DNA of 63,253 nucleotides, counting the filler, from Bradymonadales bacterium (lineage in GTDB: Bacteria > Bdellovibrionota > UBA2394), in NCBI GenBank assembly GCA_007693605.1. It is 7 parts of 7 records of this genome, joined end to end, with 100 filler letters (N's around TTAATTAATTAA, not from the genome) between each part and the next. Parts side by side here need not be neighbours in the genome. Positions count along the whole stretch, not along the records: positions 38,117 to 46,952 come from REDG01000073.1; positions 47,053 to 55,384 come from REDG01000010.1; 5 more parts are not named here. One strand, 5' to 3'. The position numbers and the translations under genes were made by a program. The notes below the pieces were generated by a model, which searched no databases, had not been told where the DNA came from, and worked only from the letters and a program-made list of their open reading frames with translations. Positions 42,584 to 52,515 of this stretch are shown in pieces. Each line of letters opens with the position of its first letter. Position 1 is the first letter of the stretch.

Positions 42584-42705
42584 AATTGTCTTGCGAAAAG
42601 AAGGCTCCAGAAGCCCCCTATCGCCCGAAATCAGGGCCTAGACTGCCCCCAAACTGCCCCAAAGAGGTCGCAGCGCCCACAAAGAGCATTACGGGACTGG
42701 GCGAA

Positions 42706-44853
42706 CTAATTCCCCGCTAGCCAATCCTTAGCTTCGCCCGACAAGGGCTCAAGGTCCTGCGCCCACTCTGGTTTCTGAACGATCAGAGCCGTGATCAAAA
42801 CCGACAAATTCTCGATGGCTTCATCCGCCTCTGGTTGATGAAAGATCTCGCTCACCCAATTCTTCACAAGAGCAAGCTGGGTCTCTGACATTTGAGGCGC
42901 GAGTCTTGAGTAGATAAAACTGAAGCTCTTGATTCGGTCGGACTTTTCTCGATAACTGGGCAAGTCGAAATGACTTCGTCTCTGATGAACCAAAAAATCC
43001 AGGCCGTCAGAGCTAAGCTCTAAAGCCTCTCGGGAGCGATAGAGCTCAGCTTCAACTGCAGAAATCAAAAGCTCAAGCCCCAGACTCTTACTCACTGGCT
43101 CCCAGCCCACGGCTTCAGAAAGTGTGATGGCAATCTCAGTCTCTTGCGATGAAAGCAGAAGTCTTGAACGAAGACCTCTCTGTCTCTCTTGAAAATAAGC
43201 CTGCATCAGTTCTAAACCAGACGAACCCCATCGTATAAGAGCTTCGTGGGAGGGAAACGCACGACGATGAGTCTCTGTCGCCAACAGAAACTCCTTCAAC
43301 AAAAACTCCTGCATTTCAGGAGTCAAAAATTGAATATCGCGCTGAAGGGCTTCAAAAGCGCTGCTCCGCTCAACGCCATCGATGAGAGGATCCGCCGACA
43401 AGACCCGTTTGAACTCTTGATAAGCCCTGGTGGTATTCCTCGCCACCTGAAGCACGGCAAACTCATCTCCACCCCAGAATTGCTGGCGAGACTGAAAGCC
43501 AAAGCGTGCATCAAACAGAGCAAAACTCTCAACTCTTTGCTCAAAGCTTTCAGGCTCCCTCTGCCTCAAGAGCAAGGCCGAAGCCAAAAGGACAGAGCGG
43601 CCTCGCATCAGACCCAGGCGACTCCAATCGATTGCTAATGGTTCCTCAACGAACGCGGCCAAGGCCTGGTTTCGTTGATCTTCATCAAGCTTCAAAAGAA
43701 ACTTCACAGCAGCGTTACGAAGGTGCGCCTGAGGCGCCCCCAAGATCGGAATCATCTCAGAAACGGAAAAGACCTTTAAAACCTCAGTGGCTTCAAACTG
43801 TAGAACCCTCCAAAGGGCCTCCCAAACCCATTCTTCATGCCAAAGATCGTCTAAGAAAGCTCGCCTCAAATACTCCAAGACCTTGGGGTCTTGAACTCTC
43901 GATAATGTCCTAGCGGCTAAATACCCGATTTCTGGATCAGTCGCTTCTACTGACTGACGAAAGAGATAGTCCATCGATTGATGATCGCCCACAGCTCCAA
44001 GAGCGCTCAACGAAGCTCGAATAACATCCGCAGACCCCAACTCCAGACTCTGATCGATAAAGTTGATCAAGGTTGCCGAAACCTCCTCCGACCCAATCCT
44101 TACCAGTCCTAAAATCGCTGTCAGCCGAGCGTCATCTGATCGGCTGGAGTCGTTCAAGACCTCAGCCAAAATCGAAAACGCAAGCGGCTTCTCCTCAAAG
44201 AATCCAATCTGTTGAATGACATCGCGCTCAAGATCCGAAAGCCGCCCTTCAAGAAGTAAGTCCCCCAAGGTCTCAAGAACTTCAATTCCCCCAATGACCC
44301 GCAGAGACTGCAGAGCTTGAAGCCTCAGATGGGGGGCTTCATCCCTATTCTTTACGACTCTAAAGAGAGCTTCCCACACCGGTCTTTCTGGAACAAAGCG
44401 TGCAGCGCTTATACTCACCAAAGCCTGGTCAAAACTTCGGTTCGGACTGCTGATAAGCTTCAGAAGAAGTGCCGTGGCCGTTTCTGAATTCAGCTGCAGT
44501 AGCGAGGCTTGAGCAAAAAAAAGAATTGTTCTCGGAGTTTCAGCATCTCTTAGAAGATCCAGCAAGAATGGAATATGGCGTTGGTCGCCAGATTGGCCCC
44601 ACGACCGAACTAGGGCTCCCTTCTCTTCGGTCGACAAACTCGACCACTCGACCTCTGTCGCCGACTCACAGGGAGCTTCCCCTCCGATAATTTGTCGGAT
44701 CTTGGCAACATCTGAAACGCTCCATTGACGATCTTCAGCCGCCAAAGGAATCTGAGCAGAAGACCCCATCAAAATCACGACAACCCAAGCTTGTCTCAGA
44801 AGCGCTCCAAACATCCCACTGAACTTTAAGCAAGAAATGGACCAAGGCTCCAC
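42706..44853 (-). CDS. HEAT-repeat protein, probably exported
   Basis: Repeated LRLQALQSL, ARLTAILGL, IRASLSALG, LRNAAVKFL helices; hydrophobic N-terminus; start uncertain. Confidence 0.8.
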   Translation of the reverse strand: MEPWSISCLKFSGMFGALLRQAWVVVILMGSSAQIPLAAEDRQWSVSDVAKIRQIIGGEAPCESATEVEWSSLSTEEKGALVRSWGQSGDQRHIPFLLDLLRDAETPRTILFFAQASLLQLNSETATALLLKLISSPNRSFDQALVSISAARFVPERPVWEALFRVVKNRDEAPHLRLQALQSLRVIGGIEVLETLGDLLLEGRLSDLERDVIQQIGFFEEKPLAFSILAEVLNDSSRSDDARLTAILGLVRIGSEEVSATLINFIDQSLELGSADVIRASLSALGAVGDHQSMDYLFRQSVEATDPEIGYLAARTLSRVQDPKVLEYLRRAFLDDLWHEEWVWEALWRVLQFEATEVLKVFSVSEMIPILGAPQAHLRNAAVKFLLKLDEDQRNQALAAFVEEPLAIDWSRLGLMRGRSVLLASALLLRQREPESFEQRVESFALFDARFGFQSRQQFWGGDEFAVLQVARNTTRAYQEFKRVLSADPLIDGVERSSAFEALQRDIQFLTPEMQEFLLKEFLLATETHRRAFPSHEALIRWGSSGLELMQAYFQERQRGLRSRLLLSSQETEIAITLSEAVGWEPVSKSLGLELLISAVEAELYRSREALELSSDGLDFLVHQRRSHFDLPSYREKSDRIKSFSFIYSRLAPQMSETQLALVKNWVSEIFHQPEADEAIENLSVLITALIVQKPEWAQDLEPLSGEAKDWLAGN

Positions 44854-45273
44854 AAAAATAAAATGGGGAAATCAGATTAAATTCAAGCCCCTCAAGGGCT
44901 CCTGCAGGCCTCAGTCTGAGGAGCCCGAGTCCACCCAGCGGGATACGGATGTCTTATGAAGGAGCGATTCCGAGGGCTCTTATGGACTTCAATCGAAAGT
45001 GCCTCAGTCGCAGAGCAGAAATCGCTTTACTTGTCTTAGAAAGACATGCCAAAAAACGGAGATCTGATGATGCCGCTAAATCGTAGTCGACTCATCTTCT
45101 ATCCTGCGGCTTATGCATTTGTGACGCTTGGCCTTTGCTCACTTGTGCCCTCGGAAATTGCAGTCTTTGTCCAAAGCTTCGGATTTCAATCGGGGCCACT
45201 CTCCCCCCTCGATGGGAACTGGGCTTTCTTGGCCTCTGTATGCTGCTGGCCCTACTCCTAGCCATCACTCAAG

Positions 45274-45316
45274 GGGGAGTGTCGCCAAAGCAGATGGGTC
45301 TTTAGCGACAGTCCCC
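45274..45316 (-). repeat. Internally deleted family A element
   Basis: GGGGAGTGTCGCCAAAGCAGATGGGTCTTTAGCGACAGTCCCC: both outer arms, core absent. Confidence 0.75.
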
Positions 45317-45356
45317 TCACAAGGTCCGGTCTGGTGTGTCTTGAGCTTGCCTGCCT

Positions 45357-46169
45357 TTAGGCTGCTCGATCGACACGAGGTGCGGACCACATACTCAGAA
45401 GAGGGGCGGTTTCATTTTTTCGAGCACCGACAGTAGCTCCAACGCAAGCCCCGACAGTCGACAACAGCAGTGTGAAAAAGCTGAACCAGCCCAAAGTTGC
45501 CATGGCCGAGCCAGCCGCTTCTTTGACTTGATTTGCTGTTCGATCTAATCCTGCGGAAATCTCCTGAACTTGAGAATCAATTTGAGCCCTCGAAAGATTG
45601 GACTGAGACGCTAGATAGCGCTTCGCCGCTTCAGTGTCGCCACGCAATAAGGCATATCCTACACGGTTGATCACCACCTCAGGCGAAGCTCGTAGCTCTA
45701 GTCCATCAAGGGAGTGGCCGAGTACAGCCTGAACTTCAGCTCGTGAAATTAGCTGACCCGAAGCTCCTCCAGCAAGTGCGGCGGTTTGAGCAACACCCTG
45801 CCCGAGAAAAGCAAGACCCATGGCCGATTGTGCCACAAGAAACAAAAAGAATGTGGAGCTTACCACCAAGCCTTCTGTCACTCCCGCCTTCCAAGATGAA
45901 TAAGAAACAATTCGGCTACAGAAGTAGCCTCCTAGAAAACAGGCGATGATAGCCGAACTCAAAAGCCAGATGCCCGCTCCGATTCCAATTCCGTCAAGGG
46001 CCCCCATCGACAGCCAAGCAAGAGAATGGCCTCCGAGTGCCATGCCTAAAGAAGAAAGGATCCAGAAACTCAAGAGCGAAATAAAAAAGCCAGCAATGAC
46101 TCCCGACCATAAGCCTGAGCCTTGTGTCCTTTCAAGTATTCGTCCTCCTGTATTTGGTGTTGTATGCAT
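45357..46169 (-). CDS. Integral membrane protein of unknown function
   Basis: About four TM helices, WSGVIAG, GIGAGIW; SD AGGA. Confidence 0.85.
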   Translation of the reverse strand: MHTTPNTGGRILERTQGSGLWSGVIAGFFISLLSFWILSSLGMALGGHSLAWLSMGALDGIGIGAGIWLLSSAIIACFLGGYFCSRIVSYSSWKAGVTEGLVVSSTFFLFLVAQSAMGLAFLGQGVAQTAALAGGASGQLISRAEVQAVLGHSLDGLELRASPEVVINRVGYALLRGDTEAAKRYLASQSNLSRAQIDSQVQEISAGLDRTANQVKEAAGSAMATLGWFSFFTLLLSTVGACVGATVGARKNETAPLLSMWSAPRVDRAA

Positions 46170-46620
46170 GACATTTTTTCCTTTCTAATTTTTCATCATT
46201 GAAAACTTTTATGATGTGAATACAGAATCTAGTTGTATTTGCAAAAATACATAAGCTGACGAACGATAGGAATTGCATGATTTATCGACCTGCTGGGTGA
46301 GAGGCCATCTGTTAAATCTTCCGAATGCTTGTTTTCACTAAGATAAAGAGTTGTTCGTATCACTAAAGATTGAAGGCTGATTTTTTTCGATGATCGATGA
46401 CTTCAGGCAAGATCGAGGAGATCTTCAAAGTTTTCAAACTTTCGTTAACCAATCTCAAGACAGACGAGCTCGCGCGTCTAACAAGCCGCCTGAGTCTCGG
46501 TCAAGGGAGGTCAATGAGCCTGGGGTTCTTGGGGCCCGCAAACACTAAGGCCCACAAGACTGACGATCATCCTGCTAAATCTCCGAGTTTTGTCCATATT
46601 TCCACAATGATTTCAATATA

Positions 46621-46649
46621 TTGCAATATATACCCAGCAGGGGTATCAT
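46621..46649 (+). promoter_or_regulatory. Promoter with embedded CsoR-type operator
   Basis: TTGCAA-17-TATCAT; ATACCC-AGCAG-GGGTAT (46630-46646) lies between -35 and -10; GTG 6 nt after the -10. Confidence 0.85.
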
Positions 46650-46655
46650 AAAGAG

Positions 46656-46925
46656 GTGACATCGAAAAAGACTCAAGCCTCGCCCAAATCCGCCTCCCCT
46701 CGCACACACCCCAAACACGAACGGGAGTTTCATCGTCTCAATCGAGTCATCGGACAGTTGGGGGGTGTCCGCCGAATGATCGAAGAACAGCGCTACTGTC
46801 CAGACATCTTAACTCAAATGCAGGCGATACAATCGGCACTCAAGGCCTTGGAGTTGAGTATTCTAGAACGACATCTACAGCATTGTGTGTCTGCGGCTGG
46901 AGTGCGGTCGAAAAATTGGAGTTGA
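46656..46925 (+). CDS. csoR: CsoR/RcnR-family metal-sensing repressor
   Basis: RLNRVIGQLGGVRRMIEEQRYCPDILTQ...HLQHC (Cys/His/Cys ligands); last helix appears missing. Confidence 0.85.
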   Translation: MTSKKTQASPKSASPRTHPKHEREFHRLNRVIGQLGGVRRMIEEQRYCPDILTQMQAIQSALKALELSILERHLQHCVSAAGVRSKNWS

Positions 46926-46952
46926 AGTCACTTAGTTTTATTGATCTCGGAT

Positions 46953-47052
46953 NNNNNNNNNNNNNNNNNNNNNNNNNNNNNNNNNNNNNNNNNNNNTTAA
47001 TTAATTAANNNNNNNNNNNNNNNNNNNNNNNNNNNNNNNNNNNNNNNNNNNN
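46953..47052. other. Artificial contig linker
   Basis: N44-TTAATTAATTAA-N44. Confidence 0.99.
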
Positions 47053-47103
47053 AGCTTAAATCAACTGGGTGCCCGCTTCGAATCCTAACGGATTCTGGGA
47101 CAT

Positions 47104-47411
47104 CACCCAGATTGGTCGATCCATCGCGAAGCTTACGAGCACTGCTGCCCGTCAGAATAAATCTCAGTTTCTTGTGCTTTTGTAGTAAGAGCTGAACCTC
47201 ATTGAGAAGTTGAGGGAGGCGCTGAATCTCATCCACAAGGATCAGCTTGTCTTCGGGTTTAACTCTCTGTCGAAGTAGCTCGGGCCGGCCTTGGCCTCGA
47301 AGCCAAGTCGCGATAAGTCTCAGACTCGAGGAGGTTCACGATCGGAGTCTTCTTGAAGAGAATCTGAAGCAGGGTGGTCTTGCCCGTTTGCCTAGGACCT
47401 AAAATCAGGCA
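47104..47411 (-). pseudogene. Frameshifted fragment of a second AAA_14 ATPase
   Basis: LILGPRQTGKTTL in one frame; PELLRQ...LVDEIQRLP...LTGSSARKL in another; shift near 47285-47300; no start codon. Confidence 0.85.
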
Positions 47412-47424
47412 TTAAGTGATCTTA

Positions 47425-48561
47425 CTAAACTAAGCCCACCTCTTCACTAAATCGAGCAAACGGCATTAGAGAAATTCGGCCGGACACCTGAGCCTCTCGC
47501 GTTCCCTGATGAACTTGATAGAAATAAGAAATTTTAGTTCTTTCAGCGAAATACTTCAAATGGGGAGAGGGCTGGCGCTCGCCAGCTTTGCATTCGACAG
47601 CAAAGAGAGGTTTCCCGTCTTTGAGGACAACGAAATCGACTTCTCGGCGATAGGCATCTCTCAAAAACCGCAATTCCATCTTGTCACCCAAGACATCCTG
47701 CCTGTGGTGACAAAATTTCAAAAGGTGGGAGGCCACAAAATTTTCCCAGCGCTTTCCGCTGTCTTCATGTTCACTCCAGTCCCACAAGTAGAGTTTTTGT
47801 TCTTTCTTTACGGCTCGAATAGAAGGGGCCCCAAAGGGAGCTATTCTATAGCAGTAGTAGACTCGCTCTAAAATTTTCAACCATGTTTCTACGGTCTTTT
47901 GATCGACTTCGAGGTCTTCTCCCAAAGACTTTCTGGATAAAGGAGAGCCTACTCGCTCCGCCAAAGCGTCAACCAGGAGTTCTAACGAAGATATCTCTCG
48001 GATATTTTCTAGATCTCTCACATCTCCATAGATAATTCGGTCTTTCCTTTGCAAGTGCCACCGCTTTAGAGAGATCGTGTGGCCCTTTAAAAATGGCTCT
48101 GGAAATCCGCCGAAATGCAGCAAATGCTCTATATCAGACTCTTTCGTCTTCAGTTCTGCAAAGCTGAAGGGGTGGAGGCGATGGTAGTGAAATCGGCCCA
48201 GCAAGGAGTCTCCTCCTTTTTTAAAATAGTCGAGTTTTGCTGAGCCTGTGATTAGAAACTGATGCGAATGTTTCAATGTGTCGTAAAATCCCTTAACAAG
48301 ATTTCGCCAGCTCTTAAACTTATGGACCTCATCCAGCACAATGAGCTTTTCATTCCGAGGCCATTCTTTGGCTAAAATTCTTTTGCGCTGTTCGATATCA
48401 TCCCAATTTAGATAGGCTGGATGCCCGTCTCGATACTTTGGAATAAGGCTTTGAGCCAAAGTAGTTTTGCCAACCTGTCTTGGCCCACCTAAAAAAACCA
48501 TCTTTTCTTGAAGGTCTTTGATAAGATCGGGTTTAATCGTTCTTTGTACTAAAACGGACAT
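47425..48561 (-). CDS. AAA_14 ATPase with DUF4143 and C-terminal PD-(D/E)xK-like motif
   Basis: GPRQVGKT, IVLDEVH, ITGS, GGFPE, KLYLWD, REVDFV...AVECK. Confidence 0.92.
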   Translation of the reverse strand: MSVLVQRTIKPDLIKDLQEKMVFLGGPRQVGKTTLAQSLIPKYRDGHPAYLNWDDIEQRKRILAKEWPRNEKLIVLDEVHKFKSWRNLVKGFYDTLKHSHQFLITGSAKLDYFKKGGDSLLGRFHYHRLHPFSFAELKTKESDIEHLLHFGGFPEPFLKGHTISLKRWHLQRKDRIIYGDVRDLENIREISSLELLVDALAERVGSPLSRKSLGEDLEVDQKTVETWLKILERVYYCYRIAPFGAPSIRAVKKEQKLYLWDWSEHEDSGKRWENFVASHLLKFCHHRQDVLGDKMELRFLRDAYRREVDFVVLKDGKPLFAVECKAGERQPSPHLKYFAERTKISYFYQVHQGTREAQVSGRISLMPFARFSEEVGLV

Positions 48562-48608
48562 GACTCCATTTTAGTACATACTAAACTGGAGTCAACTCCG
48601 TTTTAGTA
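48547..48608 (-). promoter_or_regulatory. Leaderless promoter overlaid by four 12-bp operator half-sites
   Basis: TACTAAAACGGA, TCCATTTTAGTA, TACTAAACTGGA, TCCGTTTTAGTA; minus strand TTGACT-16-TAAAAT-6-ATG. Confidence 0.85.
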
Positions 48609-48904
48609 TAGTTCTCTCTGAGGCCTGAAATCACTGAGAAATTTCGAGACCGGTGCCTTCAATTCCTTACCAGCCGAGCTGGTGCATTGTAATCGAGCCT
48701 GCTGGTATTGGCAGCCTTTCGTCAGAGCCGTCGAGGGCTTTTAAACCCCGATCGGTTGAGCGGGTCCAGTTCAAGAAATCGACTGTACACTCTTATCATG
48801 TCCCTTTGGCTTGGTGGGTTCATCATGTTTGATGCGGAACAAAGTTGGAGCCATTTACGGAGTTGCCATTGCTTCGCCCATTCGCTATCTGGGCCGTAAG
48901 AGAT

Positions 48905-50689
48905 ATGCCTCGATCTGCGAACAAGAAGAAGACTGTCGGTCGTCAATCGCGCCTGAGAATCGGAGATCAGTGGAGTGCGATTACGATCATCGCTCTTTCG
49001 CAGTCCAATCCACTCAAGGCGGTGGCCGAGTTTGTCGAGAACAGTATTGACGCCGGAGCAAAGCGCGTTACCATTGTGCGAGGCAAAGAGCGGGGCCAGT
49101 ACTATCTTAAAATTATTGATGACGGGAAGGGGATTCCACGAGACGCCTCAGGGAAACCCGACTTTGATTATGTGGCAACGCATATCTGTGATTCTTTGAA
49201 GCGTCGGATGAAGCGAGAGGGCGCTAAAGGACTGCAAGGTGAATTTGGAATTGGCTTGCTCAGCTTTTGGACGGTCGGAGAAGAGCTTTTGATCACCTCG
49301 GCGGGGGCAGATGGGCGCGCTTACCAAATGCAGATGGCCAAGGGGAGCCCGCACTATGAGCTGCAAGCGCGTTCGTCCTTGCTTTCGTTTGAAGGGACGG
49401 AGCTAAAGATTAAACCATTGCTTTCGGGACTTCGGCAGTTGAGTGGACAAAAAATGGAAGCCTATTTGGCAGCCGAGCTACGAGATCGAATTCGAAAGTC
49501 GGGCGTAAAGATAAAAATCATTGATCGTCAAACCCGTCAGGAATTGGATGTAGAGCCTCGTCAGTTTTCGGGTGAGTTGATTCGAAATATCTCGGTAGCG
49601 CCCACCGAGTTTGGCGAGATTGAGATTGAACTCTATTTGCAGAGTTCCGACCAGCCTCATCCGGTATCTCTTTACAGGGCTGGAACAAGGGTTCTGACTC
49701 GTTTAGACGAGTTAGAGGATTTTCAGTGTTTTCCTTGGAATTCGCCGTATCTGCAGGGGGCAATCGATGCGCCATTTCTGGGGCTGACCCCGGGCACTCG
49801 GCAAGGCCTCGTTTATGACAACGCCTATTCGGCCTTTGTGTCTGCTCTGAAAGAAGTCGAAGGGGGCTTGGCCGAGCTGGTTGAACGATATCGGCAAATC
49901 GAAGCAGAGGGAGCCAGTCAGGAGACTTGGAAAAGTCTAGCCAAGGCTTTTCGAGAAGCTCTCATGGCCTTGCCTCCCGAAGACTATGATTGGTTTCAAG
50001 TGCCGACGCAGAAAGGCCGAGGGGGTGGCGGTGGCGCTATGTCCACTAGCTTTCAGTTGAAGTCTCAGACTGCAGAAACTGAAAATGCAGGCTTTCAGGA
50101 GGTGGCGGGCCCCTTGTGGCGAGCCAAAATTAGTCCATCGGCGGCAACTGTCCCGGTGAATGGGACTCGTGTATTGAGGGCATTGGCCAGAGACCGACAG
50201 AATCGGCCGGTGGACCATTCTCTTGAATACACATGGGAGGTGATCGAGGGAGTTGGTGAGCTTCGTGGTTTTCGCAGCAATCCAACTGAGTTTATAGCTG
50301 GATCAGAACCAGGGCTTGTGCGCGTGAAGTTAACAGTAAGACAGAAGGAGCATCTTTGCGAGGCCGAGGCCTTGCTGACCGTTACTGACGAGCTTTTGCC
50401 GCCTCGGCCAACAGGGCGCGAAGGGCGCGGCTTGCCCAGCTATACTTTAGAGCGAGCGGCTGGAGAGTTGTGGCGGTCGCGTTATGACATGGAGAGAAAT
50501 CTCATCATCATCAATTCTGGTCATCGAGATTTCATCTTTGCCTCTGAGAAAAAAGCCCTAAAAATTCGCTACCTGTGCCGCCTCTTTGCCAAAGAGATGG
50601 TTCAGAAGAATTTTGAAGGCTATCCCACTGACCAACTCTTGGAACGGATGGTCGAGCTTTCTCTCTATGCCGAGGAACGGCTGCGGTAG
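48905..50689 (+). CDS. GHKL (Hsp90/MORC-like) ATPase with C-terminal Ig-like domain
   Basis: AEFVENSIDA, DDGKGI, GEFGIG, GTE; beta-rich KISPSAATVPV...YTWEV segment; start placed at ATG 48905. Confidence 0.85.
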   Translation: MPRSANKKKTVGRQSRLRIGDQWSAITIIALSQSNPLKAVAEFVENSIDAGAKRVTIVRGKERGQYYLKIIDDGKGIPRDASGKPDFDYVATHICDSLKRRMKREGAKGLQGEFGIGLLSFWTVGEELLITSAGADGRAYQMQMAKGSPHYELQARSSLLSFEGTELKIKPLLSGLRQLSGQKMEAYLAAELRDRIRKSGVKIKIIDRQTRQELDVEPRQFSGELIRNISVAPTEFGEIEIELYLQSSDQPHPVSLYRAGTRVLTRLDELEDFQCFPWNSPYLQGAIDAPFLGLTPGTRQGLVYDNAYSAFVSALKEVEGGLAELVERYRQIEAEGASQETWKSLAKAFREALMALPPEDYDWFQVPTQKGRGGGGGAMSTSFQLKSQTAETENAGFQEVAGPLWRAKISPSAATVPVNGTRVLRALARDRQNRPVDHSLEYTWEVIEGVGELRGFRSNPTEFIAGSEPGLVRVKLTVRQKEHLCEAEALLTVTDELLPPRPTGREGRGLPSYTLERAAGELWRSRYDMERNLIIINSGHRDFIFASEKKALKIRYLCRLFAKEMVQKNFEGYPTDQLLERMVELSLYAEERLR

Positions 50690-50770
50690 GAGAGGGCGGA
50701 GCTTACTTCGAAATGGGTTGAGCCTCTCTGCCAAGCCTCCTGAATGTACTGGATTCGGCTGACCCTTCTC

Positions 50771-51151
50771 CTATCGCAGTTTTAAGTTCAACTTCGGGGC
50801 AATCTTTTTGAAAAACTTGTCTTCCGTTATCAGCTCAGCCTTCAAATCAAGAGCAGATTGTGCAATATGAGCGTCGGGCGTGCTCATAGAAAGGCCTTTG
50901 CGGGCTAAATCTGAGCGCAATTCACCCACTTTCATCCAATGATCAAATCCCCCTTCGTATAGGGGCAGTTCTTGTAAAAATTCCTGCAGTTTTACTCGCT
51001 GCTTTGCTGTCATCTTGGCACTTAGCAACTCTGCGCAGACTACCGGTGGTAAATAAACAAGCCCCACCTCCAGCGCCGCATCGATCTCCGGGTAGTCTTT
51101 GCCTTTAAAATAGGAAATCCAAGCGGAAGTATCAACGACGATTGCGCTCAC
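50771..51151 (-). CDS. vapC: PIN-domain toxin
   Basis: VVDTSAWI, AELL, PDAHIA, LITEDKFF. Confidence 0.92.
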   Translation of the reverse strand: MSAIVVDTSAWISYFKGKDYPEIDAALEVGLVYLPPVVCAELLSAKMTAKQRVKLQEFLQELPLYEGGFDHWMKVGELRSDLARKGLSMSTPDAHIAQSALDLKAELITEDKFFKKIAPKLNLKLR

Positions 51152-51347
51152 GACTGAGCTCCAAATCGATGTCTAAATTGAGGCTGCCTTGAAGTTCTTT
51201 TGCTTTCTTGGCTGCACGGGAACGGCGTACGAGTTCCAACCCTAAAATCAATGTGTCTGTTATCCCCTTATTGGTCGCTTCTGTAGCTTGCTTCAATAAA
51301 GTCGCGGGGATATTCGCTGTAATTCTTTGTTTTTCCCTATCCTTCAT
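51132..51347 (-). CDS. vapB: Antitoxin (VapB-like, RHH)
   Basis: 71 aa from ATG 51347, RITANIPATLLKQA; overlaps vapC start; TATTGAC/GTCAATA inverted repeat upstream. Confidence 0.8.
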   Translation of the reverse strand: MKDREKQRITANIPATLLKQATEATNKGITDTLILGLELVRRSRAAKKAKELQGSLNLDIDLELSRERNRR

Positions 51348-51555
51348 AGAGTTTTCATATTGACATAGATATTGATGCGCGTCAATACCAAGTCTACAGG
51401 CCTCAGGGGTCGGCGAATGAATTGAATGAGCAGGGCTTGTGACCGGCCTTGGCCCCGAAGTTAGTTGAAGTCGGGTTCCACTCCATTGAGTGCGGCGGCA
51501 AGCCACCCCTGCTTTTGGCACAGCAGCATTGGAGGCTCGATGCTACAATCAGGCT

Positions 51556-52515
51556 ATGACTAATCTTGCGGATGCCTTTGCATCGAAAGAAGGGGGTTTT
51601 CCTCGGCCTATCTGGGAAAAGGTGGAGCAGTGGGCGAATCGCCAAATAGAGATTTCAACGGACCCTCATGCAGTCTGGAATGAATTCGCACTTGAGTGGC
51701 TTGAAAAGCTATCGGATCATCTTGGCCCGAACTATGGCATTCATGAATCTCCAAACTTTTGGTTACTTGACGCCAATGATGAACAAGCTGCTTTGGCGCG
51801 GCTTCAATTCTTGGAATACGCTTTGTCCGAGATCTTTAAAATTATTGGAAATGTCGCCTCTGATGAGGGTTTTGGAAAGCATATTGTGCTCAGCTTTTTG
51901 GATGATCAGAAGTACTACGAGTACATATCCCACTTCTATCCAGAGGAGGGAGCCTTTGGTTTGAGCGGCGGTATTTTCGTCAACGAAGGCTACGGTCACA
52001 TTGTGCTCCCTCCCGGCGATGTTGATCAGACTGAACGGGCAGTCGTTTACCAACTGACCCATGCAAGCCTAAGCCACCTTGAGTCGCCCTTATGGCTCCA
52101 CCAAGCTCTGGCTTGTTTTACTGAAGGTAAGTTCTTCAATGCCAACCAAGGGCAGGCAGTGCTAGACATAATTCACGGTGGTCAGGGGGCTGTGGGTGGC
52201 CTTACTGCTGGAGAAGCAACTGATGACTTCAATCAGTTTTGGGCAGAGAATGGGCTCGATTCTTTTTGGGATGGGGAAAGTTTCCTCAGAGACGACGAGG
52301 GACAAGGGTTTAGTTTCAATCTTGCTTCGATGATCTTGAGCTATCTTCTCGAAGCATTTGAACCAGAAGCCGTTGTTAACTTTATCAAAAATGCGACTTA
52401 CGATGATGGAGGCAAAAAGGCTGCCATCGAATACCTCGGGGTGGAATTGGAAGAAATCGGCGCCGACTTGATTGGAGCCGACCCTGACCTCGAAGTAAGC
52501 AAGAACTCAAGCTAA
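51556..52515 (+). CDS. Acidic protein resembling a gluzincin peptidase with degenerate active site
   Basis: TGCTACAAT-6 nt-ATG fixes start; YQLTH...PLWLHQALA in place of HELxH...PxWLxEGLA. Confidence 0.7.
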   Translation: MTNLADAFASKEGGFPRPIWEKVEQWANRQIEISTDPHAVWNEFALEWLEKLSDHLGPNYGIHESPNFWLLDANDEQAALARLQFLEYALSEIFKIIGNVASDEGFGKHIVLSFLDDQKYYEYISHFYPEEGAFGLSGGIFVNEGYGHIVLPPGDVDQTERAVVYQLTHASLSHLESPLWLHQALACFTEGKFFNANQGQAVLDIIHGGQGAVGGLTAGEATDDFNQFWAENGLDSFWDGESFLRDDEGQGFSFNLASMILSYLLEAFEPEAVVNFIKNATYDDGGKKAAIEYLGVELEEIGADLIGADPDLEVSKNSS

